Below are positions 59,020 to 64,000 of a DNA stretch of 64,000 nucleotides, piece after piece. The DNA comes from Eledone cirrhosa (lineage: Eukaryota). Location: the NCBI GenBank assembly GCA_964016885.1, contig OZ024740.1, forward strand, positions 248,558,001 through 248,622,000, in the 5' to 3' direction. Both the position numbers and the translations under genes were made by a program. Each line of letters starts with the position of its first letter. Positions within the stretch are counted from its first letter, which is position 1. The notes beneath the pieces were generated by a model. The model was not told the origin of the DNA, made no database searches, and saw only the letters and a program-made list of their open reading frames with translations.

Positions 59020-60076
59020 TTATCTTGCTTTATGTTCATACGAGTTATCACCAATACACAACCAGTGACCTCAAGAGACAACAAGGTCCGCCATGTTCAA
59101 GAAAGAACATACATACACACACATGCATCTTTAGGTGTTTAGACTTGTGATGTACTTATATTGACAGAATCTTCCTTAGTATATGGGCAGTTCCCATTAG
59201 TACTATCTTTTGTATTTCTCCTATACGCGGGTTTCCTGGGATTTGCGATAAGTAATCATTAAACCCCTTAGGTATCATTCCTAGAGCGCCTACAACCACT
59301 GGTATTGTTTTAGTTCTCAATTTCCACATTTTTCCAATTTCTATCTCCAGATCCTTATACTTGCTCAATTTTTCAAATGTTTTTATAGATACATTCTTGT
59401 CTATTGGAACGGACATATCAATTAGCAGGCATACCCTCTTTTTAAAGTCCTTCAATATTATATCAGGTCTATTTGATCTATTTTTCGGTCTGTTTGGATG
59501 CTAAAGTTCCACAAGATTGAGATGTGATCTTTTTCAAGTATGGGAGGTGGTTGATGCTCCCACCAATTCTTTTGATGGGGCAGGTCCAAATGCTTACACA
59601 TTATCCAATGTATGTATTGTGCAGCTCTGTCATGCCTGTTTAGGTATTCGGTTGGAGCTGTAGGACTGCACATTGAAATTATATGATCAATGGTCTCTGG
59701 TTGTTTTTTACATACACGGCATAATGGGTTGCATCTATTTTTTATTATGTTGGCTTGGTAATTTTTTGTTGGCAGACACTGATCTTGTGCTGATATAATC
59801 AGTCCTTCAGTCTCCAGAGGATGCCAACCACTGATGGGTTAAAGTTTTGTCAACATCAGGATTGTTAGCTGTTTCTGGGTATTTTCCATACAAAGGCATT
59901 TCTTGCCATTTCTTAGCCAGTTCCTGTAGCAGTTCTTTCTTTGCAGTTACTTTTACCTGCTTTGCTTTTTCTGTGTTTTCCATTTCAGCAGTAAATGGGA
60001 CTTCTGAAATTTGTAGTCCATTACTGTATTTTTGTGCATCTTTTGTAATGGAGTATGATCTTTTGATGCTTTCGTG
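59011..60076 (-). mobile_element. R4/Dong-type RLE non-LTR retrotransposon, 5'-truncated
   Basis: CRVCKKQPETIDHIISMC (CCHC), YLNRHD, and the RLE region LIDMSVP..EKLSKYKDL..PVVVGALG..GTAHILRKIL. Flanked by TAA repeats on both sides. Confidence 0.88.
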
Positions 60077-60088
60077 TTATTAGTGACC

Positions 60089-63000
60089 CTTTCTCACTTG
60101 CCCCGTTTCTCATCCAACATGGCCGTACTCAGAATAGGCAGTATAAATGCACGTGGCCTGGGGTCATCTTGGAAGCAGGGTCACCTGCTCAACGACTTCA
60201 GTTCACTAAACATAGATGTGGTGGCCATCAGTGAAACCAGAATCTCCGAAGAACAAACCTTCGCACCGATCTTCGGCGGCTACGATGTATACGCATCTCC
60301 CAGCCGTCCAGGATCGGGGGGAAGGGTTGCCGTCCTTTTTCGGAGAGGCTTGGATCTCGCCATACGGGCCATCTTCCTAGACCCAGAAGGTAAGTCGGTG
60401 GTGCTGGACGTTACCGGCAGCGAAGGCAATGCTTTCAGGCTAGTAGCCGTCTAGGCCCCTTCAGGGGCAGGACGGCCAGATTTTTTCAGACGTCTAGAGA
60501 CCTTTCTTGGAACGTCCCGCTCTTTAGTGTTAGTGGGCGACTGGAACGGTATCTTGGATGCACGCTGGAATTGTGTGGGGCTTGTGAATAGGAGAGGAGG
60601 GTGCAAGAGCCTCACCAACCTGCTCAGACGTTTTGAACTGTCTGACAGGTATCGACTGGATCAGACGAATGTGCCAATGTGGATATGGACAAACCGCATC
60701 GGGTCATCCAGATCGTATCTCGATAGGGTATTCTGCAGAGAACTAGATAAGGCTAGTATAAGTTGTCCACAATTTAAAATAGTCGACTACACAAACCACA
60801 AATTTGTGATCTGTGAGATTGACATAGACAGACTTCGTTGAAAAGGGCCCGGTTACTGGAAGCAGAACGCGTCTTTCCCAGTGCGCAAAGCCTACAGAGA
60901 CTGGATTAGCGTATTAGATAAGCGGGCGTTGACGGGAACGGGCGTCAACAACAGGTGGTGGTTCGCCCTGAAAATGGCAATTAAAGTAGAGTCGATTAGG
61001 TTTAGCAAAGGACTGGTGATAGAGGAAAATAGAGTAGAGGGAGAGCTAGTCAGAAAGCTAGAAGAGGCGTTTAGCACAGGCATCGCAACCGACGTGCTTG
61101 CGGCGAGATTGGCACTCGACCAATTCTTCAACGCAAAACACGAAGGCTGCGTTGTCAGAGCTAGAGCGCGTGTTCTGAAACACGAGGGGACAAAAGCCGT
61201 CCAATGGGCCCGGGTGTCAGAGTCGCGACGTGGCAACAAGTCAACAATTCGGTCTTTGTCTGACCAAAACGGGTGCGTGTTGCTCGAACCCGAGCAGATG
61301 TGTGAAGCTTTTCAGCAGCACTTTGCTGAACTGTTTGGGAGCAGCGGCGGCCAGGATCGGGGCATGGACTTCAGTGCATACCTCGACGGACTGTCTCGGC
61401 TCTCGACGACCGCAGCACAGTGTTGCGAAAAGCCAATAACAGCCGGTGAAATACGGGAAGCGATGGCTAACTGCACGAGGAGTAAATCGCTAGGTTTGGA
61501 TGGTCTGCCCTACGAGCTTTATGCATTTATGCCAGACTTGTTCAGTGACCTCTTGGCAGACGTCTACTACAACTAGCAGCAGAACGGGAGCATTCCCAGT
61601 TTTGTGAGCCGGGGAGCGGTGGCGCTGCTGACAAAAGAGCCGAACAAGGAGGATGTTATCGATAATTTCAGGCCCATAACACTGCTAAATGCAGAGTTCA
61701 AGATTTTGTCCAAGGTGTTAGCAACGAGGTTGGCGCTTGTCGTCAAGGGTCTGGTGGGAGAGGCGCAGACGTGCGCCATTCTGGACAGATCCATACACGA
61801 CAACCTCCACCTCATGCGATACATCATAGAGAGGGTGGTTAAGGAACCTGGCACAGGTGGGGCCCTGATCAACTTGGATAAATCCAAAGCATTCGATAGG
61901 GTCGACCATCGGTACCTGGCGGCGGTCCTCGAGGCAGCCGGTTTCGGGTCCGTTCATAGGTTGGATCGCTGCGATGTACAGCTACATCTGCTCAGTAGTG
62001 AGGGTTAATGGTCACCTGTCGCAGCCGTTCAGCATCATGCGCTCAGTCCGTCATGGTTGTCCCTTCTCGTCCCTCTTGTACGTATTGGCTCTCGAGCCTT
62101 TACTGCACAAACTGGGTGCGATGAGGGGCGTCCCACGCGAACTAGGATGCGGAAAATCCGAGTCGGCTTACGCCGGCGACGTCACCATGGTGGTGTCGAG
62201 CACCAGACACGTCCAGATACTCCGCACCGCTCTCAAGGAATACGAAGCGGTGACAGTAGAAAAGATAAACCAGGAAACGTCATAAGGCTTGCAACTCGGC
62301 ACCTGGAGAGGCAAATCCATGCCGTCCGACAGCGTCGTGGCGCGTTGGACGGACGGACCGGTTAAATTGCTCAGGGTCTGGTTTGGACCGGACCTCCAGA
62401 TGGAGAAAAACTGGAACGAAGTGACGAGCAAGGTGGCCTCCCTCACCCAGAAATTGGCCGAGTGGAAGCTGTCTGTCCCTGAAAGGCCGGGCGGAGGTGG
62501 CGAATGCGTACATCGCATCCGTCATCTGCTACCGCCTCACGTTCGTCCCTTGCCCCGGCTCAACTGTCACCAAAATGGAGCGCCTCCTCTTCCGCTTTTT
62601 GTGGAAGGGACGCGCTCCCATGGAAAAACGATCCATCTGCTGTCAACACCCGTTGCGTGGAGGACTGGGCATGCCATGACTGATGATGCACTAACATGCG
62701 CTGAGGCTGCGACATCTCTGGTGCTTCCTTGACGGTGAACAGGCACGTTTTCCCACAGCTCGTCTCCTTGACGGAGCTGCAGTCCTGGGTCAGAAAAAGA
62801 CCGAGGGATATCGCTTGGAAACTGGAATGTCTCCAGGCCCTCACTACCCTCTCCCGGTTGGGCACCAGTATCGGTGGAACATCCACCTCGGCGTTCTATA
62901 GAGGACTAGTGGAGAGGAAGAGTGACGACATTCTCAGAGAGATCCTGGGAGTCGAAGAAGATCAGCTGTTTGCTCTCTTCCGGAGAACTTTCAGTACAGG

Positions 63001-63843
63001 GCCTATGGATAACTTCCAAAAATCCCTGGCCTGGCAATGCTACCGGGGAGCGTTACCGGTTCGAGATAAGCTCTACAGGCACGGAAGTGCCGTCAGCCGA
63101 GCCTGTCCGAGATGCGCGCAGAGCGACGAAACCGTCGTGCACGCACTCGTTCAGTGCCCGAGCATTGCTGACTTGTGGAGCTATGTCTAACAGTTGCTGT
63201 CGCGTGTAGGACTGATCCGGTTTTCGACTGAGTCCATTGTGCAGATAGTCTCGCCGTCTTCCTTCGAGGAGGAAGGGCAGGTAGTTTTCATCTGCCTGGT
63301 GGCCATGGCGAAAGAGATTGTGTGGTGGACAAGGTTGAAAGAGTTAAAGACAGATACTTTCCTCTTCGGCGAATCCCTAATTAACTTTTTCAAGTTTCAC
63401 TTGAAGAGGAAAATCAGGGTGTAGAGGTAAGTGCTGCCTTCTAGCAAGTTTGTTGGAAGGTGGGTGAATGTAGCGAGATTGGTCCGAGTGAATATACGTC
63501 TGAATATACGTCTGTTGTTTGAGAAATGGAAAAATTGAGAGAGGGCGCTTGCCCTGGTATTCAGTGTGGCCGTGGTCTTTTGTGTGGTTTTCGCCACAAG
63601 TAACCCTCGGAGGTTCCCCCCCCCCCGCCTCTATTGGGGGATTTTTCATTGTTTCAATTTTCATATTTATTGTTTATATATATATATGTTTCTATGTCCA
63701 TTTTTTTATTTTCTTATATAAATAATAAAAATATTTACACGCACAAAACCCACTTCGTACCGTCCTGTACCGTCCTGTGCCGTCTGTAATGTTTTTCTTG
63801 ATGTCAGCCGTTGTGGCCAATAAAGAAATCATTATTATTATTA
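60089..63843 (+). mobile_element. Tx1/L1-clade LINE, ORF2 only (APE-RT-CCHC), with stops and frameshifts
   Basis: Motifs MAVLRIGSINARGL, VAISET, VGDWNG, SYLDRVF, FRPITLLNAEFKIL, LDKSKAFDRVDH, VRHGCPFS, AYAGDV and CPRCAQSDETVVHALVQCP. AATAAA plus (ATT)n tail. Candidate TSD TTATT(A/G)GTGACC at 60077-60088 and 63844-63855. Confidence 0.92.
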
Positions 63844-64000
63844 TTATTGGTGACCTACGTAGTAAATCGTATTATCGTGAGCTCCGCAAAGGTTTGTTGT
63901 TTTCAGTTGTTTAAAATTGTCATTTATGGAAAATTTTTATTGTTAACTGTATATAAGTGCACATACATTGTTTTCTGAAAAGGACACTCAAAAAGATTGG

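Overview
AT-rich eukaryotic (metazoan) intergenic or intronic DNA. The SINE repertoire and (TA)n load suggest a cephalopod such as Octopus, but this is inference only. I see no host protein-coding gene, rRNA or true tRNA, and most short ORFs are microsatellite artefacts. The window is a patchwork of decayed transposons: several RTE-type LINEs, a Tx1/L1-type LINE, an R4/Dong-type RLE element at a (TAA)n tract, a Ty3/Gypsy element with both LTRs, a hAT (Buster/Charlie-like) transposase relic, a Tc1/mariner-type MITE, probable Helitron ends and many tRNA-derived SINEs. The main signal is that most inserts within the (TA)n tracts carry a type I hammerhead ribozyme (HHR) motif. By eye I count roughly 30 motif copies from about 15 unrelated families. 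Some lie in the pseudo-LTRs of Penelope-like elements (PLEs) with GIY-YIG remnants. Others lie in small non-coding units arranged as direct repeats (730, 332 and 322 nt periods, retrozyme-like) or as fold-back palindromes with back-to-back ribozymes. Many have palindromic stem III, covariant U3-A8 cores, other core variants, or 60-90 nt inserts in stem II. All structures were read by eye and none was computed.
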